A DNA stretch of 64,000 nt from Candidatus Omnitrophota bacterium. Its GTDB lineage: Bacteria > Omnitrophota > Omnitrophia > Omnitrophales > Aquincolibacteriaceae. A program made the translations under genes and the position numbers. Each line of letters opens with the position of its first letter. Position 1 is the stretch's first letter. The notes below the pieces were generated by a model. It was not told the origin of the DNA, did no database searches, and saw nothing but the letters and a program-made list of their open reading frames with translations. The stretch lies in assembly GCA_043803685.1 (NCBI GenBank), contig JAZDJU010000037.1, forward strand, positions 128,001 through 192,000. Reading direction: 5' to 3'. Below are positions 1-10,261 of this stretch, one piece after another.

Positions 1-405
1 CCCAAGCACAACGCAAACCTTATCGTTTTTAGGATTCAACTCGAGAGCCTTCTGGAAATACGCCTGAGCCTTGGACGAATCCCCCCGCCCCAAATAGAGT
101 TCCCCAAGTACAAAAAAAGCAGCATCATTTCGGGGGGACAATTCGACTGCTTTCAAAAAAGCTTCTTCGGCCTGTTGGAATTTATTCGCCTCCTTATAAA
201 ATATCCCGAGATCGACGTAGCCTTTCCCGTTAGCGGGATCCTTGTCTATGCTCTTTTTAATTTCGCTCTCCATCAGATCATAGTCCGCTTGGGCATAGAG
301 GGGCACGAAAGCAACCGCAAAAAAAACAACCATCATTGCCAGAAACGCAACTCTCCCGCAGGACAATACCTCGCTAACCTTTAAACGTAATAGGATGTTC
401 TTCAT
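1..405 (-). CDS. Exported TPR-repeat protein (partial, runs off the window edge; not in the ORF track)
   Basis: Manual translation from ATG 405 gives MKNILLRLKVSEVLSCGRVAFLAMMVVFFAVAFVPLYAQADY (signal peptide-like), then TPR helices YVDLGIFYKEANKFQQAEEAFLKAVELSP and FFVLGELYLGRGDSSKAQAYFQKALELNP. No stop before position 1. Confidence 0.8.
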   Translation of the reverse strand, partial: MKNILLRLKVSEVLSCGRVAFLAMMVVFFAVAFVPLYAQADYDLMESEIKKSIDKDPANGKGYVDLGIFYKEANKFQQAEEAFLKAVELSPRNDAAFFVLGELYLGRGDSSKAQAYFQKALELNPKNDKVCVVLG

Positions 406-584
406 AGCCTCGGGTCTTCCTTAATTAGGTGAGCCCCCACTCCAGCACATCATGAACTCGCTCATCGCACGGACTTTTCTACGACTCCTTAATGGATTCC
501 ATGGTTTTTTCCTCTACGAGGAAACCCGTTAGCTCGTAAAAATGCACCCTAAGTCCTCAAGAGAGGCCTTCGGGCTCAGAACGA

Positions 585-1631
585 TCATTGACGGAAAATT
601 TCGGCAAGGATATCTTCCGTATTCCGGGTAATGGCCCATCCGGGATAGTGACGGGAGAACTTGGACACATCGCTAACCCACCAAATATGATCTCCGACCC
701 TGTTTTTTTCAATATAGGTCGTCTTCATTTTCCGTCCCGAGATCTTCTCACACAGCTGGATGGATTCCATCATGGAACAGTGGCTAAAACGGCTTCCGCC
801 CATATTGTAAACCTCGCCACATCGTGGGTTCTGGTAGAAATGATAAAAGCCGTTCACGAGATCATGGCTATGGATGTTGTCCCTGACCTGTTTGCCTTTG
901 TAACCGAAGATCTGGTACTCCCGGCCCAGCACCGCGCATTTCATGAGATACGCAAGGTATCCGTGCAATTCCGCCGCGGCATGGCGAGGACCGGTCAGGC
1001 ACCCGCACCGGAAACAACCGGTTTTGATCCCGAAATAGCGTCCGTATTCCTGGACCATAATATCCGCGGCAACCTTCGAAGCGCCGAAGACCGAATGCGT
1101 GCATTGATCGAGAGACAGGCTTTCATCGATCCCGTTCTTGAAGTAAGGGTGCCCGGGATCGAGCTCCCACCGTGTTTCCAGTTCTCGGAGAGGAAGACGG
1201 TTGGGATGATCTCCGTAGACTTTGTTGGTCGAGACAAAAATAAAAACGGCCTGGGGGCAGTGCTCACGCGTCGCTTCCAGAAGATTCATCGTGCCCACGG
1301 CATTAATCGCAAAATCCGTCTGCGGCTCCCGGGCGGCCCAGTCGTGGCTCGGCTGCGCCGCGCTATGGATCACCAGATCAACGTCCCGGCCATACTCCGC
1401 AAAAAGGCGGGAAACGGCTCCGACATCACGAATATCGATCTCATAGTTCCTGAAATGAGCGCATTCGTCCTCAAGTTCCCTGAGGCTCCCTCGAGTAGAA
1501 CCTTCTTCTCCGAAAAAATATTTCCGCATGTCATTGTCGATCCCGATAACACGGAACCCTTTCGCGTGAAAGAACCGCACCGATTCGGAACCGATAAGAC
1601 CGGCCGCTCCTGTGATCAATACGCTTTTCAT
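585..1631 (-). CDS. NAD-dependent NDP-sugar epimerase/dehydratase, CDP-paratose 2-epimerase (RfbE)-like
   Basis: ITGAAGLIG Rossmann motif, [27 protein letters not shown]. Start reset to ATG 1631 with AAGGA upstream. Confidence 0.85.
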   Translation of the reverse strand: MKSVLITGAAGLIGSESVRFFHAKGFRVIGIDNDMRKYFFGEEGSTRGSLRELEDECAHFRNYEIDIRDVGAVSRLFAEYGRDVDLVIHSAAQPSHDWAAREPQTDFAINAVGTMNLLEATREHCPQAVFIFVSTNKVYGDHPNRLPLRELETRWELDPGHPYFKNGIDESLSLDQCTHSVFGASKVAADIMVQEYGRYFGIKTGCFRCGCLTGPRHAAAELHGYLAYLMKCAVLGREYQIFGYKGKQVRDNIHSHDLVNGFYHFYQNPRCGEVYNMGGSRFSHCSMMESIQLCEKISGRKMKTTYIEKNRVGDHIWWVSDVSKFSRHYPGWAITRNTEDILAEIFRQ

Positions 1632-1689
1632 TGATATTTCCTTTCGAACATATAATTTCGAAAATGTTTTCTTACTATCCACCGTCGCA

Positions 1690-1698
1690 ATTATAACA
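1690..1698 (-). promoter_or_regulatory. Candidate internal extended -10 promoter (TGtTATAAT) for the epimerase and downstream genes
   Basis: Exact TGnTATAAT on the minus strand about 60 nt upstream of ATG 1631, in a non-coding gap. Confidence 0.5.
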
Positions 1699-1755
1699 AA
1701 GAAAGCATCTCTGCGTGCTTTGGAAATAAAGGAACAAGGGCCCAAAGCTCTTGGG

Positions 1756-2592
1756 TCAGGGTCGCGTCCAAAAATATTTATTGGAGACCGCAAGATAAAA
1801 GCATCGCACAAGCTCGTAAGGGAGGAACAGAGCGTAGACCCGGATCTTCCCCAAGAGATCTTCGTTCTTTTGGATCATCCAATGACGGTTGCGAAAACAC
1901 AAATATTGCCGGAATTTCCCTCCTGTATCGGAGCTGTTGCCGGCATGACAACACGTCATGTCCGGACAGAATTGGGCTTGCCATCCCGCCCGACTCGCCC
2001 TCCAGGCAAGGTCCACATCCTCAACAAGAAAGAAAAAACGTTCGTCAAAATAGCCTGTTTTTTCCCGGATCGCGTTGAGCATGGCCCTTCGATAAAAAGC
2101 AGCCGCGGAACAAGGACCGATGATCTTTTTTCCCGCAAGCCCGGGTCCATCCTTGGGTTTTCCTTGATTCAGATCATGGAACCTGCGACAGGCCGACAAA
2201 TGGATCCCTTGGGAATAGACCGTTTTGCCATCCGCGCTCAGAACATTCGGCTGGATCATCCCGACATCCTCGGAAAATCCTTTCCGTATTCGCTCGAACT
2301 CCGCAAGAAAACCGTCTCCAAGCACCACGTCATTGTCCAGGGCCAGAACCCAATCCCCTGAAGAACCTTCAATCCCCTGATTCCTGGCCTTGCTAGCGCC
2401 GAAATTCTTCGGGTTTTCGATCAAGTTCACGCCGGGAAAGTGCGTCTTGATGATCTCGCGCGTTTGATCCCGGGAATCGTTGTCGACCACCACGATCTCG
2501 ATGTCCCGAGCGTCTTGGCGCATTATAGAATCCAGGCATGCCCGGATAGAAGCTTGGCTGTTGAAGGTGATCACTACGATGGAGAGTCGCAT
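1756..2592 (-). CDS. Glycosyltransferase family 2 (WbbL/rhamnosyltransferase-like)
   Basis: [23 protein letters not shown] (DxD), [14 protein letters not shown]. Paralog of 35760..36677. Confidence 0.85.
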   Translation of the reverse strand: MRLSIVVITFNSQASIRACLDSIMRQDARDIEIVVVDNDSRDQTREIIKTHFPGVNLIENPKNFGASKARNQGIEGSSGDWVLALDNDVVLGDGFLAEFERIRKGFSEDVGMIQPNVLSADGKTVYSQGIHLSACRRFHDLNQGKPKDGPGLAGKKIIGPCSAAAFYRRAMLNAIREKTGYFDERFFFLVEDVDLAWRASRAGWQAQFCPDMTCCHAGNSSDTGGKFRQYLCFRNRHWMIQKNEDLLGKIRVYALFLPYELVRCFYLAVSNKYFWTRP

Positions 2593-3947
2593 TGGCCGGC
2601 GAAAACTCTATGAAGGTTCACTTTGATGTTTTCCAGATCCTCGGCGCTGAGGTCCTGGGTCCTCACAATACATTTTCTGTTGCCGTCATAGTCCTCCCAG
2701 TTGTCGGAAACCAACCATCCCTTTTCCACGGCATCGTTAAAATAGACCGTTCCGGGAAATGGCACGGCAAATGAAAACTGAACCGAGTCAGGCTCCACCG
2801 ATCGCGCAAAATCAATCGTACTCTGGATCGTCTGTCTTGTTTCTCCTGGAAGACCAACGCAGAACGTCAAATGAACTTTAATCCCCAGGCGTTTGGAGAT
2901 CCCGATCATGGAACGGGCTTTCTCTAGATCCAGATTCTTCCCGCACGACCGTCGGACCTCTTCATCCGCTGATTCGATGCCATACTTGACGGCGTAGACA
3001 CCCGCGCGGGACATAAGCTCCAACAGCGCTTCATCCATCCTATCCGCGCGGGTCATCGCTCCCCAAGGAACATTCAATTTTCGTCTGAGGATCTCCTCGC
3101 AAATATTGACAACGTGCTCGCGGTCCCCATTGAAAGTTTCGTCATCAAAATAGACCGATTTAAAATTAAAATGCCGGATCAGGTGCTCCATTTCATCAAC
3201 GACGTCCAAAAAATTCCGTTTCCTGTACCCGCTCCCTTTATAGAGCGTCTGAGGAAGAAGGCAAAAGGAACATCGAAACAAACAGCCGCGACTGGCCAGC
3301 ATCTGAACGCTCGGGCCTGGCAGTCCTGCGAAACCATCGTTGTACTTATAGATGAGAGGCGCCGTTCTCTTGGGCCATGGCAAAACATCCAGATCATTAA
3401 TGCACCCCCGGCGATCGCTCACAAAGATCTGCTCCCCTGCGCGATAAGCCAATCCGGCTACATCGTCCAGTCCATGGCCTCGCTCAAGAGCCTCCACCAA
3501 CTCGACCGCCGAACGTTCATACTCTCCGATGATCACATAATCGATGGTAGGGTGTTCCGTTAAGATCTTTGCCGCAAACTCACCGGCATGCGCCCCGCAC
3601 AACCCGATATGGACATTCTTCATCGCTTGCCGAAGTGCCGCAATGATCCTTATATCATTTTTGAATGACGGCGCAGAGGTCTCGATCAGAACAAGCCCCG
3701 GATCGAACTCCCGGATCCTTTCAAGACAAAGAGGCTCGCTGATCTGCTCAGCGATCGCATCGATCAGTTTTACGGATTTCCCTTCTTTTTCTAATAAGGC
3801 GGCGGTATAAGCGAGAAAAAACGGAAAGGGGATATAGAGAAGACGCCCGTCTACCGCAGGCTTCGAAGTGAACGGCCAACGGGATCCAGCCCTGACCCCC
3901 AAACGTCCATCCTTAAACCATGGAAGATTTACGAGGGCCGTCTTCAT
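2574..3947 (-). CDS. Cobalamin-binding radical SAM enzyme (BchE/HpnJ-like architecture)
   Basis: Start reset to MKTALVNLPW (3947). RAGSRWP, IIGEYE, SRGCLFRCSFC (CxxxCxxC), YFDDETF, YGIESA, GLPGET, VPFPGT. Confidence 0.85.
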   Translation of the reverse strand: MKTALVNLPWFKDGRLGVRAGSRWPFTSKPAVDGRLLYIPFPFFLAYTAALLEKEGKSVKLIDAIAEQISEPLCLERIREFDPGLVLIETSAPSFKNDIRIIAALRQAMKNVHIGLCGAHAGEFAAKILTEHPTIDYVIIGEYERSAVELVEALERGHGLDDVAGLAYRAGEQIFVSDRRGCINDLDVLPWPKRTAPLIYKYNDGFAGLPGPSVQMLASRGCLFRCSFCLLPQTLYKGSGYRKRNFLDVVDEMEHLIRHFNFKSVYFDDETFNGDREHVVNICEEILRRKLNVPWGAMTRADRMDEALLELMSRAGVYAVKYGIESADEEVRRSCGKNLDLEKARSMIGISKRLGIKVHLTFCVGLPGETRQTIQSTIDFARSVEPDSVQFSFAVPFPGTVYFNDAVEKGWLVSDNWEDYDGNRKCIVRTQDLSAEDLENIKVNLHRVFAGQCDSPS

Positions 3948-3948
3948 C

Positions 3949-4611
3949 TTACTTGTTGAGATCGAGATGATTCTGAATTCGCTCGAAGAACTCCTTGATC
4001 TGATGAATACCCTGACTGATGTCCTTGGAATCACAGCTGATCTGTTCCGACGCTTGATAGATACTCTCGAACTGGTCCGGCGGAACCAGCTTAAGTTTGA
4101 TCTCTTCCAACTGATCAAGCAGAACAAGTCTTTGCCTGATCTCTCCCAGCTGATCGAGCGGAACAAGCTTTTGTTTGATCTCTTCCAACCGATCAAGCGG
4201 AACAAGCTTTTGTTTGATCTCTTCCAACCGATCAAGCGCTACGAGCTTTTGCTTGATCTCTTCCAACCGATCGAGCGCCACGAGCCTTTGCTTGATCTCT
4301 TCCAACCGATCGAGCGCTACGAGCTTTTGCTTGATCTCTGCTAACCGATCGAGCTGAACAAGTTTTTGATTGACCTCCTCCATTTTTTGACCCTGATCAA
4401 ACATCATTTGCGCGAGATTGCCAAAAACCCTGATAACAACCGCGCAAAGAGAGCTTCCCACCATGATGAGGAAGCCGCTCACGAGCGACTCATGCCCGTT
4501 CGCCTTAAAAAAGATCCAATACGCGCCGACGAGAACGCCCAGTGCGGCAATCGCCCATGCATAAAGGCCCAAAACAAATACCGTAGGAATTTTTTTAGTT
4601 TTCATCGACAT
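3949..4611 (-). CDS. Two-TM membrane protein with a cytoplasmic or periplasmic helical domain of 13-aa tandem repeats
   Basis: Two hydrophobic segments at the N-terminus, then 8 copies of KLVxLDRLEEIKQ. Translationally coupled to both neighbours. Confidence 0.75.
   Translation of the reverse strand: MSMKTKKIPTVFVLGLYAWAIAALGVLVGAYWIFFKANGHESLVSGFLIMVGSSLCAVVIRVFGNLAQMMFDQGQKMEEVNQKLVQLDRLAEIKQKLVALDRLEEIKQRLVALDRLEEIKQKLVALDRLEEIKQKLVPLDRLEEIKQKLVPLDQLGEIRQRLVLLDQLEEIKLKLVPPDQFESIYQASEQISCDSKDISQGIHQIKEFFERIQNHLDLNK
4054..4365. repeat. 39-bp coding tandem repeat, about 8 copies
   Basis: Unit such as gatctcttccaaccgatcaagcggaacaagcttttgttt repeats at a 39-nt period. Confidence 0.9.
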
Positions 4612-7600
4612 TGTCCTTTTTGTTGATGTTCCGTTCGACTATAGCTTGAGAACTCTTGATCCGATCGATCAGATCGGACGATCGCATCAGATCCAACGAT
4701 CGAAACTTTCCATCATCTAACCATGCTTTGATCGTTTGAGTAAGTTTCAAAAAAAACGGGTTAAGATGCGGATGCTCCCTTTCCAGCAACCCGATCCAGT
4801 CAGGACGTTCCCTGACAAGACCCATCAGCTTTTCCAGCAAAACATCGTCGTGCGTGTTATAAACGGAGATCAGGAGATGTTTATAGAGCAATCGTTGAAA
4901 CTCCGTCTCCCCAAACCTGTCGATGATCCAGCGGTTAAGCGCAAGGATCAAAGCAAATAAATTCAGGGAAAAGCTTTCCTTCGGAGAAAGCAGGCTGGAT
5001 AGGGCGTTTCTCTTCCCGGCATAACGATAAAAGAACGTCAGATCGATCAAGGCCAGCCAGGGTGACAACCTGGGCTCCTTCTTCGCGCCACTCACATCCG
5101 TATCGCGAAACATAAAATGTTCCAGATCCATTAAAGAGTGATGTATCGCCAAAAAGAAGTCCAGATAAAGGAGTGCTTCCCGATGGTTCTCCAGATCCTC
5201 ATCAAGATAGCGGTTGGCTAAGCCCACATTGTCCTTCATTTTCAGGGAAAAATTTTCCGGATCTAAAAAGAACTTTTGTTCATCATAATATTCGCGACGC
5301 CAGTTCCAGAAGGTTTTAAAAAGCGAGAAAATATCATCTCGCTTTAAGTGATGCGCGATCGCCCCGGCTTCATATCCCAGCACTTGTCCCGTTCCCATAA
5401 GACGCCGGCTCAGATTCACGTCCTCATAATTGTTCTTGAGCGTCTCATCATAAAAGCCTACATCCAGAACTACCTGACGACGCAATACGGTGTTGGCGCC
5501 AAACAAGAACTCAGGGACTTTGTTTTCTGGTTCCCAATACTGTTTCATGTGAACTGCGCGCCACTCGTCGAATACGGAAGAAGTCTTGCTCTCCAGCAAC
5601 TTGCCTCCCATACCGCAAATGTTCGGGTCGTCAAACCTGCTCATCAAACGCGAAAGCCAGTCATGATCCGCAACGCAATCCGCATCCAGAGACGCGACAA
5701 ACTCTGTGTTCATATTCTTAAGAGCCGTATTTCTGGCAGCAGCGAGACCCTTGTTAGTCTCATGGCGGAACAATCGCACGCCATAAGAGGACGCAATGTC
5801 ACAAGTTCTGTCCGTCGACCCGTCATCCACCACGGCCACCTCTACCACAGGATACGTTTGCCTGAAAACAGCCTCCAGACAGGCCGAGAGTGTTTTTTCT
5901 GCATTGTAGCAGGGGATATACAACCCCACTCGTTTTAGCGGCAGAGCCATGCCCGAGAAAACCCATTTGCCGTCTCGATTGATCGCCACGCCGTTGCAAC
6001 CCTCGAGGGATCCGCCGGACTGAAGACGGAAAAGCACATTCAATAATATTTGCTCGCCTTCTCCGGTGATAATAAAGTCCGCGAATTTCTGCAACCCATG
6101 CGGCAATAGAAGGTCACGATCATCCTGGGTTAAATTGTAACAACAGGTTCCTCCCAGAAGAATCTTCACCTCAGGATATCTGCTCTTTACTCTCTTGATG
6201 ATCTCCAGAGTAAATAATGCGGAGGTTTTTTGGACTGAAAAACAGATCACATCGGGAGTTACCGCAAGGATCCGATCCACACATTGCTCATAGACCTGTT
6301 CCGTGATGAACGGTAATTGATAAAAGCTGTCCTCTGAACACCACCGGTCTCTGTTATGGCTATCCCAATAAGTCTTATGATCGCCAGCCACCTCATGATA
6401 GACCATGATGTTTAAGTCAAGAACGCTCGCCTCACACCCATTGGCGTTGAGATAGGCCAGCCCCAAGGAAGGCCTTTCAACGCCGAAAGGACAAGGGCAT
6501 TGGACGAGAGCTATTTTCATTATGCCGGGCCTCGCATTCTCGAGCCCTGCGTCAACAATGGAACTGCTGAAAAGTTTTCTCTTTTGCGAATAGTTGCTCT
6601 CAAGGTCGAAGTCGTCCCGATAAGAACACCACTGCAGACAAGGTTTGCTGCATTGGCGTATCAACTTTCGAAGATCCCTCGCGTTCGCCGAATACCAGAG
6701 ATCTTTCAGGCTGTCTTTTTTCACATCCCCGAACGTCGCCTCATGGCTATTCTGGTTCACGCAAAAATAAAGCTTCCCCTCCTGAACCACTTGAATGCGA
6801 TTGTATCCGGCATAACAAGGCCTCCCGGTGATCTTTGTCCGCCCCTGAAAATACTTTTTGATCGATTCCAGATTTTCGATCGCATTGGCAACAAGATCAA
6901 AATTGCACTCGTTCATTTTCTTAAATTGAATGATAGCATCGATGGAATCCTCCAGGAGCTTCAGCCTTGCTGGCGGTATACAGACCCCCGAATTCATTTC
7001 CGCCTTTTCCTGGTCCGTATTATCTCCCACCACGGGTTGAAAGATCACGCTGGATATCTTTAAGCTTCGGCATAATTCGATGACATCCATAAGTTCGCCA
7101 GCATTTTGATCCATGATCGTACAGACGCAACAGATCGAGGGCGAATACCTCCCTCTTTTCTCTTTCATTGCATTGATCAACTTCACATTGGCGATGATCT
7201 TTTCCAGATAATTCTGGCCCCGGATCTTCGAAAAAGATTCCTCCGTCGCCGCATCGATCGACACGCTCAAGTTGCTCAGATTCGCTTCGAACATTTTTTC
7301 AACGATCTTTTCGGACATGATCGTGCCGTTCGTTACCACCGTAATGGAGGAGAATCCGCAATCCGCCGCAAAAGAGACCATCTCGAATAACCGCGGTTCC
7401 AGAAAAGGCTCCCCCCCGATCAAGATCAGCGCAGGGACCTTCATTTCCGCGCCTTCTTTAATAAGTTTCTTGATCGTCGAAATATCCAGATCCACCGGGC
7501 GATTCTGGGCCTTGAAAGACTCCTCCCTTTCGTGCATGCTGCACATCGTGCACCTTAAATTACAACGGAAGGTGAAATTGATCTGAAGGGCATCTGCGGG

Positions 7601-7681
7601 AACAAGGGGATAATCGATCTTCCGGGAAAGCCGGAAAAATGAATTCCTTTCAAGCAATCGTTCAAACCTCTCCTTATCCAT
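4595..7681 (-). CDS. Fusion of radical SAM/SPASM-like, cobalamin-binding, GT2 and unknown helical C-terminal domains
   Basis: CNLRCTMC and tail CSKPCLQWC. Internal MKIALVQCP...ITGEGE B12-binding domain from 6520. GT2 from about 5935 (YIPCYN, VVDDGSTD, SLDAD, YEDV). Confidence 0.85.
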   Translation of the reverse strand: MDKERFERLLERNSFFRLSRKIDYPLVPADALQINFTFRCNLRCTMCSMHEREESFKAQNRPVDLDISTIKKLIKEGAEMKVPALILIGGEPFLEPRLFEMVSFAADCGFSSITVVTNGTIMSEKIVEKMFEANLSNLSVSIDAATEESFSKIRGQNYLEKIIANVKLINAMKEKRGRYSPSICCVCTIMDQNAGELMDVIELCRSLKISSVIFQPVVGDNTDQEKAEMNSGVCIPPARLKLLEDSIDAIIQFKKMNECNFDLVANAIENLESIKKYFQGRTKITGRPCYAGYNRIQVVQEGKLYFCVNQNSHEATFGDVKKDSLKDLWYSANARDLRKLIRQCSKPCLQWCSYRDDFDLESNYSQKRKLFSSSIVDAGLENARPGIMKIALVQCPCPFGVERPSLGLAYLNANGCEASVLDLNIMVYHEVAGDHKTYWDSHNRDRWCSEDSFYQLPFITEQVYEQCVDRILAVTPDVICFSVQKTSALFTLEIIKRVKSRYPEVKILLGGTCCYNLTQDDRDLLLPHGLQKFADFIITGEGEQILLNVLFRLQSGGSLEGCNGVAINRDGKWVFSGMALPLKRVGLYIPCYNAEKTLSACLEAVFRQTYPVVEVAVVDDGSTDRTCDIASSYGVRLFRHETNKGLAAARNTALKNMNTEFVASLDADCVADHDWLSRLMSRFDDPNICGMGGKLLESKTSSVFDEWRAVHMKQYWEPENKVPEFLFGANTVLRRQVVLDVGFYDETLKNNYEDVNLSRRLMGTGQVLGYEAGAIAHHLKRDDIFSLFKTFWNWRREYYDEQKFFLDPENFSLKMKDNVGLANRYLDEDLENHREALLYLDFFLAIHHSLMDLEHFMFRDTDVSGAKKEPRLSPWLALIDLTFFYRYAGKRNALSSLLSPKESFSLNLFALILALNRWIIDRFGETEFQRLLYKHLLISVYNTHDDVLLEKLMGLVRERPDWIGLLEREHPHLNPFFLKLTQTIKAWLDDGKFRSLDLMRSSDLIDRIKSSQAIVERNINKKDNVDEN

Positions 7682-7733
7682 TTTTCCTTTTTGAGCCTGT
7701 TGTATCGCCGCTGGATTCCCGGATGACGATCCT
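6566..7733. repeat. Copy B of a ~1.17-kb segmental duplication (copy A at 10488..11655)
   Basis: Long near-identical DNA stretches at a constant offset of 3922 nt, including about 50 nt upstream of the ATG. Confidence 0.9.
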
Positions 7734-7887
7734 CAGCTGCAGTAGACGACGAATTATTCGTCCTCCCTATCGTAAAACCTTTGCACACAAGACCCGGGGC
7801 CTTGCGCTCTTGAGCCCTAGGCTCATCCCCACCCGTGCGGTGAGAAATTCCCGCCAAGTACAATTCTTTGGCTGATCCGCAACACAC

Positions 7888-9225
7888 TCATTTTTCTCTA
7901 AAAACGGGTCCGGCAACTCCGTTCTTTGAGCTTCGCCCAACACGGCCCCTTGAGATCATTTGTTCGAATCCTCTAAGACTCTCTGAGATCCTCGCGATCT
8001 CAAGGTCCAGGCTCTCATCTGCAGGATCATGAACCAGGCCCAGCATCCGCCCGAAGCGGGCCTTACACTTCTTCCAAAGGATCAAGGCCCTGTAGCTTTT
8101 GAACATTCCGCACAATCTTCGCAAATACTCTTTTTTCTCTCGCTCATCAGCAATGCCCGCAACAAATCTGTCACATGCGGGATAAATATCGGAAAGTTCT
8201 TCCATGTGGACACAACTCTGAAGACAAGGGGTCCGGCACTGGACAACTTTTTTTCGTATCGCTCCGGCCCGCTTTGAGAACCAATATTGCTTCAGGGTGC
8301 CCGTTTTAAGCTCTCCATACATTCCCTGACACGTCCAAAGTCCCCCGGTAAAAGAAATGACGATCCTCGCGAAACCTTCGTAGCACTTGAGGTCCTTGTT
8401 CAAAAGGGTTCCGGAAAAATAATCCGGGATCAACTTCAAAACCTTTTCGTTCACATGGACGCTCAAATCCGAAGATGTTCTTTTTAATTCCAGAACCTGG
8501 CCAATCACTGCTCGCAGTTTTTCAAGATTTCTCTCCGAAACCCACAGCTCATTTTTTACCCGATCCTGCATTTCTGTATTATCAGAAAGCATCGGTTGTA
8601 TCACGATAATGTTACATTTCTTACTGCGCGCCACCTCAATCATGGGCACAATGTCGTCAATATTACAATCCATAATGGTGAAATTGATCCCGACCGTAGG
8701 AAGCGTGCGGTCCCCACGGATTCGATTGATCATATCGATGGCACCCACCGCCCGCTTGAATGCTCCCTCCCCACGCACAAAGTCATGCGCCTCCTCCCGA
8801 CCATCGATCGAAATAGTGATATGAGTCAATCCCGCATTAACAAGTGTCCTCCCGATAGCTTCGGTGAGCATAAGTCCGTTACTGATGAGATCAACCATTT
8901 TAATCTTTTTCAAAACGGCATAGTGAACCAGCTCCTCAATATCACGCCGCAAAAGAGGTTCTCCTCCGGAAAATATCAGATGATCCACGCCTAGATCCGC
9001 GATCTGATCAATGATCCTCTTGCATTGTTCAAGGGATAGTTCCTCTTCGCTCCGCGCCCCTTCCCCGGGGATACTGCACATTTTGCACTTCAAATTGCAC
9101 CGATTCGTTAGCGAAAAATAAACATGCTCGGGGGGACACAAAGGACGCCCGACCACTCTGGAGAAATAGAACCCCAGATTCCTCTTGAGCTTATTCCAGC
9201 TATAATCCGATGGATTATTTTCCAT
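7888..9225 (-). CDS. Radical SAM enzyme with SPASM/twitch-like C-terminus
   Basis: CNLKCKMC, FSGGEPLL, ISNG, SIDG, CYEG...WTC, CRTPCLQSC. Confidence 0.88.
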   Translation of the reverse strand: MENNPSDYSWNKLKRNLGFYFSRVVGRPLCPPEHVYFSLTNRCNLKCKMCSIPGEGARSEEELSLEQCKRIIDQIADLGVDHLIFSGGEPLLRRDIEELVHYAVLKKIKMVDLISNGLMLTEAIGRTLVNAGLTHITISIDGREEAHDFVRGEGAFKRAVGAIDMINRIRGDRTLPTVGINFTIMDCNIDDIVPMIEVARSKKCNIIVIQPMLSDNTEMQDRVKNELWVSERNLEKLRAVIGQVLELKRTSSDLSVHVNEKVLKLIPDYFSGTLLNKDLKCYEGFARIVISFTGGLWTCQGMYGELKTGTLKQYWFSKRAGAIRKKVVQCRTPCLQSCVHMEELSDIYPACDRFVAGIADEREKKEYLRRLCGMFKSYRALILWKKCKARFGRMLGLVHDPADESLDLEIARISESLRGFEQMISRGRVGRSSKNGVAGPVFREK

Positions 9226-10261
9226 AACTATTGCGTCCTATGGCCCATAGGGATCTTGATCTCTCCCGAGAATAGCAAGACTGCAAACAGAGATCCCTAC
9301 ATCGCTTAACAGACTTTCTAAGCTTCGCGGCTTCTCGGGACGCCCAACATTCGCGAAGCGACTTCTCTGAAAGATCCCCGCAGATGCCATGGCACGTATA
9401 AACCAAAGGAGTTCCCGTATCTCCGATACAAACAAACAGGGTCTTATAGCCTCCAAAGCATTTCCAGTCTGAACGGGACAAACTCCGCCGGTAATATTTC
9501 TTTAACAATCTCAGATCCGGTTCCTCATACAGCTGGAGGTGCCGTGCTTTGAAATGTTTGATCTGTTCTATCGTCTCGTCTAAGACATGCCACCTCTCGT
9601 CAGGGATCCAAAACTTACTGACGCGACGATCCGGTGTGTTCGCATTGTCCTTAAGAAGAGGCTGAAAGTTGATAGCATCCACGTTCAGGGCATCCGCATA
9701 CGCCATTAACTGAGGCAGATCTTCCAGGTTGTGGTCCATGACCGTACAAGCGATCCCGACCGAAAGAGGATTTTTCGAGATCTTGCGGAGGGCGTCCACC
9801 TTTTTAATGCCTTCGATAGTTTTCTTAAAGCTGCCTTTTCCACGAACGAGATCATTAGCCTCTTCAAGCCCGTCCAACGAGAAATGGATGTGACTCAACC
9901 CCGATGAGACAATCGCTTGCGCCAACCCTTCATCCACGAGAGTTCCGTTCGTGGTCAGGATCGATCTAAGCCCCCTGTCCTTGCAATGACCACAAATTTC
10001 AAAAAAATCCTTCCTCAATAAAGGCTCTCCGCCGGTCAGCACGGCCTCTTGAATCCCCATGTTGGCGGCTTGATCGAGAATATCGAAAATCGTCGCCAGG
10101 GACAGTCGATTACTGCCATCCCCCCGGATGGAACACATCGCACACTTCAAATTACAGGCATCCGTCATCGGGATCTGGATCACTTCCGGAGAGACTAAAG
10201 AGTGATCGAAAAACCTAGAAGCCCAGAACAGAAAATCCTTACCCCTCTCCTTCAGAGACAT
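9215..10261 (-). CDS. Radical SAM enzyme with SPASM/twitch-like C-terminus
   Basis: CNLKCAMC, LTGGEPLL, TTNGT, SLDG, CFGG...YTC, CRDLCLQSC. AGGAGG RBS upstream. Confidence 0.88.
   Translation of the reverse strand: MSLKERGKDFLFWASRFFDHSLVSPEVIQIPMTDACNLKCAMCSIRGDGSNRLSLATIFDILDQAANMGIQEAVLTGGEPLLRKDFFEICGHCKDRGLRSILTTNGTLVDEGLAQAIVSSGLSHIHFSLDGLEEANDLVRGKGSFKKTIEGIKKVDALRKISKNPLSVGIACTVMDHNLEDLPQLMAYADALNVDAINFQPLLKDNANTPDRRVSKFWIPDERWHVLDETIEQIKHFKARHLQLYEEPDLRLLKKYYRRSLSRSDWKCFGGYKTLFVCIGDTGTPLVYTCHGICGDLSEKSLRECWASREAAKLRKSVKRCRDLCLQSCYSRERSRSLWAIGRNSYGK

Noticed and set aside
588..1634. 348-aa plus-strand ORF
   Set aside because: Antisense shadow of the epimerase with no recognisable motifs.
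3948..4235. Repetitive N-terminal extension of the 553-aa radical SAM ORF
   Set aside because: It is an alternative-frame reading of the neighbouring 39-bp repeat. The real start is 3947.
4054..4365. CRISPR-like array
   Set aside because: The units are contiguous 39-mers with no unique spacers, they stay in frame in a protein, and there are no cas genes.
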